Of a DNA stretch of 64,000 nucleotides, positions 41,439 to 51,946 are shown piece by piece. The first letter of the stretch is position 1; every line of letters begins with the position of its first letter. Both the position numbers and the translations under genes were made by a program. A model generated the notes under the pieces. It was not told where the DNA came from, ran no database searches, and was given only the letters and a program-made list of their open reading frames with translations. This DNA comes from an uncultured Spirochaetota bacterium. Its GTDB lineage: Bacteria; Spirochaetota; Spirochaetia; SZUA-6; Fen-1364. Location: positions 800,001 through 864,000 of the forward strand of contig CAWAHW010000002.1 of NCBI GenBank assembly GCA_963781885.1, written 5' to 3'.

Positions 41439-42636
41439 GGCCGCGCCTGACCAGGCAGGACCGCAGACCCATTTCGTTCCCTTTGCGCGGCCGTCCATCG
41501 CCGCCGAGGAGGAGGAAGCCGTCCTGGCGGTCCTCCGCTCGGGTTGGCTCACGACGGGGGAGGTGACGGCCCACTTCGAAAAGGAGTTCGCGGCCGCGGT
41601 CGGCACGCGCCATGCGCTTGCGGTCAACTCCGCCACCGCGGGTCTCCATCTCGCGCTGGAGGCGCTGGGAGTCGGCCCGGGGAGCGTCGTGCTCACGACG
41701 CCCTACACCTTTGCGGCGACCGCGGAGGTGGCGCGCTATCTCGGCGCCGACCCGGTCTTCGTCGACATCGACCGCGCCACGCTGAATATCGACCCGGCAC
41801 TCCTCCAGTCGACCCTGGAACGCCTGCTGAAGGCCGGCCGCAAGGTATCCGCCATGATGCCTGTGCACGTGGCAGGGCTTCCCTGCGACATGGACGCGAT
41901 CGGCCACTTGTCCCTTCGCTACGGCGTGCCGATCGTGGAGGACGCGGCGCATGCGTTCCCCGTGCGACACGGCGCGCGATTCGCGGGCACCCTCGGGGAC
42001 GCCGGGGTCTACTCCTTCTATCCGACGAAATCCATCACGACGGGCGAGGGGGGAATGGTCGTCACCGATCGCGACGAAGTGGCAAAGCGCGTCCGCGTCA
42101 TGCGCCTGCACGGCATCGACCGCGAGGTGTGGAACCGGTACGCGGAGCCCGGCGCCTCGTGGAAATACGACATCGTTGCCCCGGGATACAAGTACAACAT
42201 GCCCGACATGGCATCGGCCATAGGGCGGGTGCAGTTGCGCAAGGCCGACGTCTTCTGGGAGCGCCGGCGGTCGATCGTCCGTCGTTACCTCACGGCCCTG
42301 AATGGGCTCGATTACCTCTCCCTCCCGGGCTGGGTGGAAAACCACGCATGGCACCTTTTCATCCTGCGCGTGAAGCCCGCGGCGCTCTCGATCGACCGAG
42401 ACGCGTTCATCGTGGAGCTGCAGCGCCGCGGCATCGGCGCGTCGGTCCACTTCATCCCGCTCCATACCATGAGTTACTACCGCGAGCGCTATGGGCTGAA
42501 GCCTGAGGACTTCCCTGTCGCGCTGGAATGCTACCAGGCGGCGGTGAGCCTCCCGCTCTCCGCGTCCCTCACCGATGAGGACGTGGAGCAGGTGATCGAG
42601 GCAGTGGTCGAGGTCGGCGCCGCGTTCCGGGCATAG
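41419..42636 (+). CDS. DegT/DnrJ/EryC1/StrS sugar aminotransferase
   Basis: VLRSGWLTTG, NSATAGLH, EDAAHA and SFYPTKSITTGEGG. Confidence 0.92.
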   Translation: MKNQSSRAAPDQAGPQTHFVPFARPSIAAEEEEAVLAVLRSGWLTTGEVTAHFEKEFAAAVGTRHALAVNSATAGLHLALEALGVGPGSVVLTTPYTFAATAEVARYLGADPVFVDIDRATLNIDPALLQSTLERLLKAGRKVSAMMPVHVAGLPCDMDAIGHLSLRYGVPIVEDAAHAFPVRHGARFAGTLGDAGVYSFYPTKSITTGEGGMVVTDRDEVAKRVRVMRLHGIDREVWNRYAEPGASWKYDIVAPGYKYNMPDMASAIGRVQLRKADVFWERRRSIVRRYLTALNGLDYLSLPGWVENHAWHLFILRVKPAALSIDRDAFIVELQRRGIGASVHFIPLHTMSYYRERYGLKPEDFPVALECYQAAVSLPLSASLTDEDVEQVIEAVVEVGAAFRA

Positions 42637-42644
42637 TTCAACGG

Positions 42645-43742
42645 CTATCGACCGGCGAGCGCCCGGGCTTCTTTTTCCACCCCTTCGAGCTTCTCCACGG
42701 AATCCACAACCTCGACGTCGATGGTCACGGTGTACGTCGCCTGGCCGTCGATCATGGGCAGCTCACCCTTCTGACGTAGAACGCCGCGTCCGACGGGTGT
42801 GACGGTCCCGGGCTCGAGCCCCGTGACGTAGAAACCTTTTCGGGGCATCTTCCACTGGGTGAAGTGCGGCAGCTCCCTGCGGTTCCACCGAAGGACCACG
42901 CCCAGCGGCTGGCCGCCACCGGCGTCACGGGTCAGGAGCGACATGAATGTCGCCCCGTCGGGGCGCGCCGCGAGTGAATGGAAGAACACCTTCTCCTCCC
43001 AGCCCGGCACGGGCTCGGGACAGGAAAGGCATTCCTCCAGGCCTCGGTCGGCGCGTGCGTTCTCGTCACGGGGCTCCGTCTTGAGGATCGGGCCGACGAT
43101 GCGCGCCGATGGGCTCAGGAGGGGGAATCCGAAGTTGAAATGGTACAGGAGCATGAGCGGCTGCGCGGTGAAGCCGCGATTGACCACGGTGTCGCGGATG
43201 CGGAAACCCGCGGCGCCCAGGCGCGTCTCGATGCAGCGCGTCAGGGTCAGGTTTTCCGCCATCGCTTCCGTCTCGCGCATCGTGCCCTTGAGACGGATGA
43301 GAAACTCATCGCCCTCCCATTCCTGCTCCACGCAGAGGTTTTCCGCGGCGGCATTCGACAGCCTTCCATGGAGACCGAAAGGCCTGCCCTGGTCCGTGCT
43401 CGGCGCGCCGGCGTTGGTGATGCCGCACGTCGTGAGGAGGCCGGCGGAGAAGCCGCGCAGCCAGCCCATGCTCGGCTCTTCATAGTAGGCAGGGGAAGTG
43501 ATGCCCGTGCCGGAAAAGAAGCCCAGCGAGGTGCCCCGATGGGAGGCGAAGGGGATGTCCATGCCTCGACCGGGAAGGACCGTGAACCGAAGACCGCCGC
43601 CCGTCTCCACGTCGAAAGCGCGGACGCCGTCCGCCTTGCCGTCGGTGAGAATGCAGCCGCGTACCCCCGCGGCCTGGAGAGGGTCTCCAATGCGCGCCAG
43701 GAGCTCCGCCCTCTTCCACGCCCTGCCTGCGTACCACGCCAT
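42645..43742 (-). CDS. Aldose 1-epimerase family protein (DUF4432-like)
   Basis: GLRFTVLPGRGMDI, GLLTTCG, GLHGRLSN, MLLYHFNFGFP and YVTGLEP; GGAGG ribosome-binding site. Confidence 0.8.
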   Translation of the reverse strand: MAWYAGRAWKRAELLARIGDPLQAAGVRGCILTDGKADGVRAFDVETGGGLRFTVLPGRGMDIPFASHRGTSLGFFSGTGITSPAYYEEPSMGWLRGFSAGLLTTCGITNAGAPSTDQGRPFGLHGRLSNAAAENLCVEQEWEGDEFLIRLKGTMRETEAMAENLTLTRCIETRLGAAGFRIRDTVVNRGFTAQPLMLLYHFNFGFPLLSPSARIVGPILKTEPRDENARADRGLEECLSCPEPVPGWEEKVFFHSLAARPDGATFMSLLTRDAGGGQPLGVVLRWNRRELPHFTQWKMPRKGFYVTGLEPGTVTPVGRGVLRQKGELPMIDGQATYTVTIDVEVVDSVEKLEGVEKEARALAGR

Positions 43743-43851
43743 GATGCCTCCCTCCATGCTTCTGTTTCGTGCACCGTAGCATGGAAATACCCCATATTTA
43801 CAGATCCACTGCTCCCGGCTATCATCCTCCCTGGGGGAGGGGGCGCGCCGC

Positions 43852-46800
43852 GTGACACCGTTCGTGCATCTGCATTGCCATTCCGATTTTTCCCTCCTCG
43901 ACGGCGCGTCGTCGATCGAGGCTCTCGTCGCCAAAGCGAAAGAGCTCCGGATGGAGCGGCTGGCCCTCACCGATCATGGGAACATGTTCGGCGCGCTCGC
44001 GTTCTACAAGGAATGCCGTGCGCAGGGTATCACGCCGATCATCGGCACCGAAGCGTACGTGGCCCCGGGGTCACGCCTGGAGAAGAGCGGCAGCGAGAAG
44101 GGGACGCGCCATCACCACCTCGTGCTGCTCGCGCGCAACACGACCGGCTACGCGAATCTCATCGAGCTGAGCTCCCGGGGCTACACCGAAGGCTTCTATT
44201 ACAAACCGCGCATCGACGACGAGCTCCTGGAGCATCACCACGAGGGCCTGATCGCGCTGAGCGCATGCCTCGCGGGCGCCATCCCCTCTGCCATCCTCAA
44301 TGGGCAGGCCGTGGAGGCGCGCTCCCACGCCCTGTACTACCGCGAGCTCTTCGGACCCGACGGCTTCTACCTCGAGGTGCAGGACCACGGCATCCCCGAG
44401 CAGGCGGTCGTGAACCGGGAGCTCCTGAAGCTCTCCGGCGAGACGGGCATCCCGCTCGTCGCCACCAACGACATCCACTACAGCGACCGGGCGGACGCCC
44501 GCGCGCAGGACGTGCTCATCTGCATCGGGACCGGCAAGAAGGTTTCCGAGGGCAAGCGGATGAAGTTCGAGCATCCCGAGTTCTACTTCAAGTCCGGTGA
44601 CGAGATGGCGCAGCGCTTCTCCGCGCTGCCGGAGGCCGTGGCGAACACGGTGCGCATCGGGGAGGCGTGCAATCTCGAGCTGCCCGCGCTGCGCCCGCAG
44701 TTTCCCCTCTACGAGGTTCCGCCCGGCTCCACCCCCGAGGGGTACCTCTCCGACCTTGCACGCAAGGGACTCGCGGAGCGCTTCTCTCCCGTGCCGCCGG
44801 AAGCCGCGAAGCGGCTGGAGTACGAGCTTTCGGTCATCACCTCCATGGGCTTCACCGGGTATTTCCTCATCGTGTGGGACTTCATCCACTTCGCGAAAGA
44901 GCACGGCATTGCGGTGGGTCCCGGGCGCGGTTCGGGCGCAGGATCGCTCGTGGCATACAGCCTTTCGATCACCGACATCGATCCGCTGAAGTACGGTCTT
45001 CTCTTCGAGCGCTTTCTCAACCCCGAGCGCGTCTCCATGCCTGACTTCGATATCGATTTCTGCCACCGCCGACGTGAAGAGGTGATCACGTATGTCACGC
45101 GGAAGTACGGCGCCGACAAGGTGGGCCAGATCATCACCTTCGGGACGCTGAAGGCGCGCGCGGTCATCCGTGACGTCGCGCGCGTCCTCGACCTGCCCTA
45201 CGACGAGGCGGACGCCATCGCGAAGCTCGTGCCAGAAGGCCCCAAGATCGATCTTGACACCGCGCTGAAGGACAACCCAAAGCTCGTGGAGGCCACCAGC
45301 CGCGGCCCCCAGTACAAGGAGCTCCTGGACATCAGCCTGAAGCTCGAGGGGCTCCATCGACACGCATCCACCCACGCGGCGGGCATCGTCATCGGCCGGG
45401 AGCAGCTCACGCGCTACGTGCCGCTCTATCGCGATCCCAAGACCGGCGCGGTCTCCACGCAGTTCACGATGGACTACCTGGAGGAATGCGGCCTCGTGAA
45501 GATGGACTTCCTGGGCCTGAAGACGCTCACCATAATCGAGGATGCCCTGGCGCTCGTGCGGAAGAAGGGCGTGCAAATTGAGCTGAAGACCATCCCCGAG
45601 GACGACCCGGCGACATTCAAGATGTTCTGCGAAGGGAAGAGCACGGGCGCCTTCCAGTTTGAAAGCTCCGGCATGCAGGGGGTCTTGAAGAAGGCGCAAC
45701 CCAACCGCATCGAGGATCTCATCGCTCTCAACGCCCTCTACCGGCCCGGCCCCATGGAGCATCTGGACACCTATATCCAGAACAAGTCGGGCAAGAAGGC
45801 CATCGAGTATCCGCTTCCCGAGCTCGAAAACGTGCTGAAGGAGACCTACGGCGTTCCCGTCTACCAGGAGCAGGTCATGCAAATGGCGCAGGTCGTTGCA
45901 GGTTTCAGCCTCGGGCAGGCCGATATCCTGCGGCGCGCCATGGGGAAGAAGAAGCCCGAGGAAATGCTCAAGATGAAGGAGCTTTTCCTCACGGGCGCCA
46001 AGGCCAAGGGCTACGACCACAAGACGGGGGAGCGGATCTTCGAGCTCCTCTTCGCGTTCAGCGGGTACGGCTTCAACAAGAGCCATTCGGCGGCCTACGC
46101 CATCCCGGCCTACCATACCATCTGGCTGAAGGCGAACCATCCGGCGGAATTCATTGCGGCAAACTGCACGAACGACATGAACGACACCGACCGCCTGGCG
46201 CAGCTCATCCGCGAGGCGCGCGACATGGGCATCGAGGTGCTGCCGCCCGACGTGAACCTTTCGCAGAAGGAGTTCTCCGTCGAGAACGGCAGGATCGTCT
46301 TCGGCCTCCTGGGCATCAAGAACGTGGGCTCGGGGGCCGTGGATGCCATCATCAGGGAGCGCGAGGAGCACGGGCCTTTCACGAGCGTCCTGGATTTTTT
46401 CGACCGCGTCGATTCCCACGAGGTCAACCGAAAGATGGTGGAAGGCCTCGTCATCACGGGTGCCTTCGATCGCCTGGGCGAAACGCGCGCCACGCTCCTG
46501 CACAACCTCGACCGTGTGCTGGAGGCCGCCTCCAAGGCCCGTGAGGCGAAACGCTATGGCCAGGTCTCGCTCTTCGAGGGGGCCGCAGACGTGCCCTCCG
46601 TTGCCCCCGAGCTGGAGCGGCTGCCCGAGCTTCCGCCGGCCCAGCTCCTGGAGTCCGAGCGCCAGAACCTCGGCTTCTTCTTTTCAGGGCATCCCCTGGA
46701 TCCCTGGCGGAGCCTGATGGAACGCGCCGTCACGGTGGACCTCTCGCGCAAGGAGTCCCTTTCCAATGACCGTTCCTGCACCCTCGTGGGAATCATGAGC

Positions 46801-47271
46801 GACCTGCGGGAGATCCGCACCCGCAACGGGCGCAGCATGGCCTTCGCGCAGCTTGCAGATTTCAATGGATCGATCGAGCTGATCCTTTTCTCCGATATCT
46901 ATGACAGCAAGCGGTCCCTGATCGCGAATGACGCGATCGTCGGGGTGCAGGGCACGATCGACACGACGCGCGGGGACCCGAAAGTGAAGGTGGTCGACAT
47001 CATGGAACCGGGACATCTGCCGCAGAGGGCCGCGCAGGCGGTGCACGTGAGACTCAGGGATGAAGTGGGGACCGAGGAAAGCCTGCACGCCATGCGGGAA
47101 TATCTGCTGGATCGGCGGGGAGGCTGCTCGCTGTACTTCCACGTGGGATCCGGCAACGGGGGCGGGGAGATCGTCGTGCAGGCATCCACCCAGATCCGCG
47201 TCGTCGGCTCGCAGGAGGTGCTCGCGGGGCTTCGCGCGTACCCGCAAGTGGCGGACGTATGGACCGAGTAA
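43852..47271 (+). CDS. dnaE: DNA polymerase III alpha subunit
   Basis: HLHCHSDFSLLDG PHP domain, GPGRGSGAGS, MPDFDIDF, KMDFLGL, YGFNKSH and OB fold. Confidence 0.97.
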   Translation: MTPFVHLHCHSDFSLLDGASSIEALVAKAKELRMERLALTDHGNMFGALAFYKECRAQGITPIIGTEAYVAPGSRLEKSGSEKGTRHHHLVLLARNTTGYANLIELSSRGYTEGFYYKPRIDDELLEHHHEGLIALSACLAGAIPSAILNGQAVEARSHALYYRELFGPDGFYLEVQDHGIPEQAVVNRELLKLSGETGIPLVATNDIHYSDRADARAQDVLICIGTGKKVSEGKRMKFEHPEFYFKSGDEMAQRFSALPEAVANTVRIGEACNLELPALRPQFPLYEVPPGSTPEGYLSDLARKGLAERFSPVPPEAAKRLEYELSVITSMGFTGYFLIVWDFIHFAKEHGIAVGPGRGSGAGSLVAYSLSITDIDPLKYGLLFERFLNPERVSMPDFDIDFCHRRREEVITYVTRKYGADKVGQIITFGTLKARAVIRDVARVLDLPYDEADAIAKLVPEGPKIDLDTALKDNPKLVEATSRGPQYKELLDISLKLEGLHRHASTHAAGIVIGREQLTRYVPLYRDPKTGAVSTQFTMDYLEECGLVKMDFLGLKTLTIIEDALALVRKKGVQIELKTIPEDDPATFKMFCEGKSTGAFQFESSGMQGVLKKAQPNRIEDLIALNALYRPGPMEHLDTYIQNKSGKKAIEYPLPELENVLKETYGVPVYQEQVMQMAQVVAGFSLGQADILRRAMGKKKPEEMLKMKELFLTGAKAKGYDHKTGERIFELLFAFSGYGFNKSHSAAYAIPAYHTIWLKANHPAEFIAANCTNDMNDTDRLAQLIREARDMGIEVLPPDVNLSQKEFSVENGRIVFGLLGIKNVGSGAVDAIIREREEHGPFTSVLDFFDRVDSHEVNRKMVEGLVITGAFDRLGETRATLLHNLDRVLEAASKAREAKRYGQVSLFEGAADVPSVAPELERLPELPPAQLLESERQNLGFFFSGHPLDPWRSLMERAVTVDLSRKESLSNDRSCTLVGIMSDLREIRTRNGRSMAFAQLADFNGSIELILFSDIYDSKRSLIANDAIVGVQGTIDTTRGDPKVKVVDIMEPGHLPQRAAQAVHVRLRDEVGTEESLHAMREYLLDRRGGCSLYFHVGSGNGGGEIVVQASTQIRVVGSQEVLAGLRAYPQVADVWTE

Positions 47272-48563
47272 GGATCGGCCTCGTCGGTTTCGGCACGGTG
47301 GGGGAAAGCTTCTACCGTCTCCTGACGGCGAACGCGGGGGAGTTCGCCCGGCGGCTGGGCGTCGCCGTTGACGTGCCATGGCTCGCCGTGCGCGACGCTT
47401 CCCGGCCGCGCAAAGTCGCCCCGGGGACCCGGGTGGTCCAGGGCTGGCAGGCGATCCTGGACGACAAGGACGTGCCGATCGTGGTGGAGCTTGCCGGCGG
47501 CGCCGAGGAACCGCTCCCGCTCATCCGCGAGGCGCTTGCCCGCAAAAAACACGTCATCACGGCCAACAAGGCCCTTCTTTCCGCCCACGGCCGCGAGCTC
47601 CTTGCCCTTGCCGCGGAGAACGGCGTGGAGCTGAAATTTGAAGCTGCTGTCTGCGGCGGCATCCCCATCATCAAGGTGCTGAGCGAAAGCCTCCTGGGAA
47701 ACAGGGTGCGCAGCATCGTCGGCATCGTGAATGGCACGACGAATTACATCCTCACGCGCATGACGGAGGACCGGCTCTCATTTGCCGATGCGCTCGCCCA
47801 GGCGCAGAAGAGAGGCTTCGCGGAGGCCGACCCCTCGCTCGACGTGAGCGGCGGCGACGCGGCGCAGAAAATCGGGCTTCTCGGGAGCCTCGCCTTCGGC
47901 TGCTGGATCGATCCCTCCTGCATCCTCACGGAGGGAATCACGACCGTCGAGCAAAAGGACATCGAGTTCTGCCAGGCGAGCGGTTTCCAGATCAAGCTCG
48001 TCGCGCAGGCGCGCATGTTGGACGGCGTTCCGCTGGTGACGGTCTTCCCGGCCCTCGTGCCCCTGGACCATCCGCTTGCCGGCGTCCGCGACGAGTTCAA
48101 CGGCGTCCTCGTGGACTCGGACTATCTGGGCCCCTCCATGTATGAGGGCAGGGGAGCCGGCGGCAATCCCACGGCCTCCTCCGTCGCGTCCGACCTCGGG
48201 GACCTGCTCAAGGGCATCCTTTCGAAGCAGGTGCGCCGACCCTTCGCGGGGGCGCTCCCCCTTGCGGGCGTCTTTCCGCAGGGCCGGATGCGCAGCCGCT
48301 ACTATTTTCATTTCGTGACGGCGAACAGGCCGGGCATCTGGGCACTGGTCACGGGTGTCTGCGCGGAGACGGGCATCAATATCGAAAGCGTGCATCAGAA
48401 GTGGGAGGACAAGTCCAAGCCTTCCGACCTCTACGTCCTGGTGGACGAGGCCGAGGAATCACAGGTGCGCCTGGCATTCTCCCGCATCACCGCCGCGGAC
48501 GGCATCCAGCCCGCGTCCCATTACTTCCGGATCGTGCCGAGTCCGGCGGGGGGGCAGTCATGA
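47259..48563 (+). CDS. hom: Homoserine dehydrogenase with C-terminal ACT domain
   Basis: GFGTVG, VITANKA, FEAAVCGGIP, NGTTNYIL, GFAEADP and GRGAGGNPTAS. Confidence 0.92.
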   Translation: MDRVRIGLVGFGTVGESFYRLLTANAGEFARRLGVAVDVPWLAVRDASRPRKVAPGTRVVQGWQAILDDKDVPIVVELAGGAEEPLPLIREALARKKHVITANKALLSAHGRELLALAAENGVELKFEAAVCGGIPIIKVLSESLLGNRVRSIVGIVNGTTNYILTRMTEDRLSFADALAQAQKRGFAEADPSLDVSGGDAAQKIGLLGSLAFGCWIDPSCILTEGITTVEQKDIEFCQASGFQIKLVAQARMLDGVPLVTVFPALVPLDHPLAGVRDEFNGVLVDSDYLGPSMYEGRGAGGNPTASSVASDLGDLLKGILSKQVRRPFAGALPLAGVFPQGRMRSRYYFHFVTANRPGIWALVTGVCAETGINIESVHQKWEDKSKPSDLYVLVDEAEESQVRLAFSRITAADGIQPASHYFRIVPSPAGGQS

Positions 48564-49225
48564 TCGACCTGCATACGCATACATTCCTGAGCGACGGGCT
48601 GCTCGGTCCCGCGGAGCTCGTGCGCCGGGCGGAGCACGCGGGTTATCGCGCCATTGGCATCACCGACCATGCTGACGCATCGAATCTCGACGACCTGATT
48701 TCCGCCACGGTTCAGTTCGTGCGCGAGACGCAGCCCTACCTGAAGATCCGCATCGTCCCGGGGGTCGAGCTCACCCACGTGCCGCCCGGCCAGATCGCGG
48801 GACTCGTGCGGCGCGCGCGGCAGCTGGGCGCCCGGCTGGTCGTGCTCCACGGCGAAACGATCTGCGAGCCCGTTGCCCTGGGCACGAATCGCGCGGGCAT
48901 CGAGGCGGGCGTTGACATCCTGGCCCATCCGGGGCTCATCTCGGAGGAGGAGGTGCGCCTTGCCGCGGCAAACGGCGTGCACCTGGAGATCTCGGCGCGC
49001 TCCTCCCACGGGTTGGGCAATGGCAGGATCGTCGCGCTGGCGCGCGAGGCGGGGGCGCCCATGGTCATCGACTCCGACGCGCATGCCCCCGGCGACATCC
49101 TCACGCCGCATTGGCGCGAGCAGGTGGCCTTCGGCTCCGGTCTCACGGCCGAGGAGATGGAGCGGATCAACAAGACGATGATCTCCCTCGTGGAGAAGCT
49201 CGTCCCCTCCACCTTTTTCACCTGA
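48560..49225 (+). CDS. Stand-alone PHP-domain protein (histidinol-phosphatase-like)
   Basis: IDLHTHTFLSDG, ITDH, GVELTHVPP, HGET, LAHPG and DSDAH; ATG overlaps the hom stop. Confidence 0.85.
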   Translation: MIDLHTHTFLSDGLLGPAELVRRAEHAGYRAIGITDHADASNLDDLISATVQFVRETQPYLKIRIVPGVELTHVPPGQIAGLVRRARQLGARLVVLHGETICEPVALGTNRAGIEAGVDILAHPGLISEEEVRLAAANGVHLEISARSSHGLGNGRIVALAREAGAPMVIDSDAHAPGDILTPHWREQVAFGSGLTAEEMERINKTMISLVEKLVPSTFFT

Positions 49226-49252
49226 CCACACCCTGCAGGAAAGGAGGCCTCC

Positions 49253-49844
49253 ATGCTTCTGATTGTGCTTACCATCGTGAACATCCTCCTGATCGCCTAT
49301 CTCTTCATCCTTTCGATGCGCATTGTCCTGGGCTGGTTCGCTCCGCGGGCCCTCGGCCGCGCCTGGGACATCCTCACGGCAGCCACGGACCCCTACCTGG
49401 GGCTTTTCGCCCGGATACGATTTCTCCGGGGCAACCTGTTCGACTTCTCTCCCATTGCCGCCATCCTGGCGCTCGTGGTCGTCCTGGACCTCGTGAACAA
49501 GATCCTCTACTACGGCCGCATCACGCTGGGGTTTTTTCTCGCTTCGGTATTCTCCGCAGCCTGGTCGGGCGCGCGGTTCCTGCTCCTGCTTTTCCTCATC
49601 GTCGGGCTTCTGCGCACCGTACCGCTCGCGTTCCGATCCACCGCGGGGGCGAGCCTCTGGCGGGTGGTCGACACCATCATGCAGCCCATTGTCACCTGGG
49701 TCGATGAAGATCTTCCGTCTCGGCCGCAGGTCGGGATACACGCAGCACCTCCTCCTCACGGTGGGGCTCCTTTTCGTGGCATGGCTGCTGGGGGAGGTGC
49801 TCGTCGGGCAGATCGTCTCGCTCCTCCAGATGCTGCCGATCTAG
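49253..49844 (+). CDS. YggT-family membrane protein (one extra base near 49703)
   Basis: RIVLGWF...ATDPYLGLF...FDFSPI. Removing one base lets the frame continue as MKIFRLGRRSGYTQHLLLTVGLLFVAWLL...LPI-stop, which also removes the overlap with recG. Confidence 0.75.
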
Positions 49845-49866
49845 CCCCGACCGAAGGTTCCCCCGG

Positions 49867-51945
49867 GTGCTCCTGTCAGAGCTGACGACCGACATCTCCA
49901 CACTTCGCGGCGTGGGTCCTGCCATGGCGTCGCGGCTGGAGCGCGTGGGCGTGAGGAGCCTCCGCGATCTTCTGCTTTTCCTGCCCCGCGGCTACGAGGA
50001 CCGCACGGCGGTGGTGCCGCTCGCACAGGCCGCGCGGACGGAAAAGGCCTGCGTCCTGGTCACCGTGGGTGCCGTCACCGACATCGGCTGGGGGAGGTCG
50101 AAGACGTTGAAGGCATACGTCACCGACGACTCCGGCGAAGCATCGCTTGTCTGCTTCGGCAGGCCTTTCCTGCGCCGCACGCTGGTGCCAGGAAGCAGGT
50201 TCTACGCGGCGGGCAGCTTCCACACGAAGCATGGCGAATTGCAGTGCTCCGACTTCGAGCTGGAGCCGTGGAGCGAGACGCCGGCGGGATTCGGCAAGGT
50301 GCTTCCCGTCTATCCCCTCACGGAAGGGCTCACCCAGGCCGCCGTTCGCCGTATCATGTCCCACGCGCTTTCCGCATCTCTGCCCCCGCTGGAGAGCGGC
50401 CTTCCCTCCGCACTCGCGCGGAGCAGGAAGCTTCCCCCGCCTGACGCCGCCCTGCGGGCGGTTCACTTTCCCGAGTCGCTTGCATCAGCCGAGGAGGCGC
50501 GCGCGGCGCTCGCGTATGAGGAGCTCTTCCAGTTCGAGCTGGCCGTGCTGCGGCGGAAAAGGTCCCTTGCCGCCGCGCGCCCCCGCACCAGGAAGTCCGA
50601 CACCCACTTGCGCGATGCCCTTGTCGGCCGTTTGCCCTTTGCGCTCACAAAGGACCAGACCGAGGTGGTGGCCGAGATCGAGGCTGATCTCCTGTCGCCC
50701 GTGCCGATGGCGCGGCTCCTCCAGGGCGATGTCGGCTGCGGGAAGACGCTGGTGGCGCTCGCCTCCGCGCTTCTTGTAATCGCCGTGGCGGAGCAGGCGG
50801 CCTTTCTCGCGCCGACGGAGCTCCTGGCCCGGCAGCACGCGGAGAATGCCGCCCTGCTCCTGGAGCCGCTGGGCGTGCGGATTGCATTTCTGTCAGGCTC
50901 TGTCACGGGGGAGGCGCGGTCCCTGCTTCTGGCGGCCCTCGCGGCCGGAGAAATCGACCTGCTTTTCGGAACCCACGCGCTTTTTTCGGAAGACGTCGCG
51001 TTCCACGATCTGGGGCTCGTCATCGTCGATGAACAGCATCGTTTCGGCGTCCTGCAGCGCGAAGCGGTGCTGAAAAAGGGGCAGGACCCGGACCTTCTCC
51101 TCATGACCGCTACGCCCATTCCACGGACGCTGGCCCTCACGGCGTTCGGCGACCTGGACGTCTCCACGATCAGGACGATGCCCGCCGGCAGACGGCCAGT
51201 CGTCACGCACCTCGCGCGCGAAGGCAACGAGGAGAAGGTCTACCGCAGGGTGCGCGAGGAGCTGGACAAGGGCCGACAGGCCTATTTCGTTTATCCGCTC
51301 ATCGAAGAGTCGGAATCGCTATCCGTCAAGGATGCCGAGACGGCGTTTCGCACCCTGCAGAAATCGGTCTACCCCGGGCTGCCGCTTGCTCTCATCCATT
51401 CCCGCGTCCCTGAGGAAGAAAAAGAGAAGGCCATGGCGGGCTTCGCATCGGGGAGGGTGAAGGTTCTCGTTGCAACGAGCGTCGTGGAGGTGGGCGTCGA
51501 TGTCGCCAACGCCACGTGCATGGTCGTGGAGCACGCGGAGCGCTTCGGCTTGTCGACGCTCCACCAGCTCCGCGGCCGGGTGGGCCGCGGCAGCGACCAG
51601 TCCTATGCCTTCCTTGTCTATGGGGGCAAGCTCACACCGGAGGGGATCGAGAGGCTGAAGATCATGAAGGAGACAAGCGATGGCTTTGCAATCGCCGAAC
51701 GGGACCTCCGCCTGCGAGGCCCGGGAGAGCTGCTCGGCATCCGCCAGAGCGGCTTCCTGAGCTTCAGAGTCGCCAATCTTCTCGTCCACGGACCCCTGCT
51801 TCTTCAGGCGCGCGATGACGCGAAGGCGCTTCTCCAGCAGGACCCGGGCCTTCTCCAGCCGGGGAACGCGGCGGTGGCGCGGGCATTGGCGCTTGCCGCC
51901 TCTGACGGCACAGGGGGCATGTTCGTCCCCCGCGAAGGAGGATAA
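49867..51945 (+). CDS. recG: ATP-dependent DNA helicase RecG
   Basis: RLLQGDVGCGKT, DEQHRFG, MTATPIPR, QLRGRVGRG and DLRLRGPGE. Confidence 0.96.
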   Translation: MLLSELTTDISTLRGVGPAMASRLERVGVRSLRDLLLFLPRGYEDRTAVVPLAQAARTEKACVLVTVGAVTDIGWGRSKTLKAYVTDDSGEASLVCFGRPFLRRTLVPGSRFYAAGSFHTKHGELQCSDFELEPWSETPAGFGKVLPVYPLTEGLTQAAVRRIMSHALSASLPPLESGLPSALARSRKLPPPDAALRAVHFPESLASAEEARAALAYEELFQFELAVLRRKRSLAAARPRTRKSDTHLRDALVGRLPFALTKDQTEVVAEIEADLLSPVPMARLLQGDVGCGKTLVALASALLVIAVAEQAAFLAPTELLARQHAENAALLLEPLGVRIAFLSGSVTGEARSLLLAALAAGEIDLLFGTHALFSEDVAFHDLGLVIVDEQHRFGVLQREAVLKKGQDPDLLLMTATPIPRTLALTAFGDLDVSTIRTMPAGRRPVVTHLAREGNEEKVYRRVREELDKGRQAYFVYPLIEESESLSVKDAETAFRTLQKSVYPGLPLALIHSRVPEEEKEKAMAGFASGRVKVLVATSVVEVGVDVANATCMVVEHAERFGLSTLHQLRGRVGRGSDQSYAFLVYGGKLTPEGIERLKIMKETSDGFAIAERDLRLRGPGELLGIRQSGFLSFRVANLLVHGPLLLQARDDAKALLQQDPGLLQPGNAAVARALALAASDGTGGMFVPREGG

Positions 51946-51946
51946 G

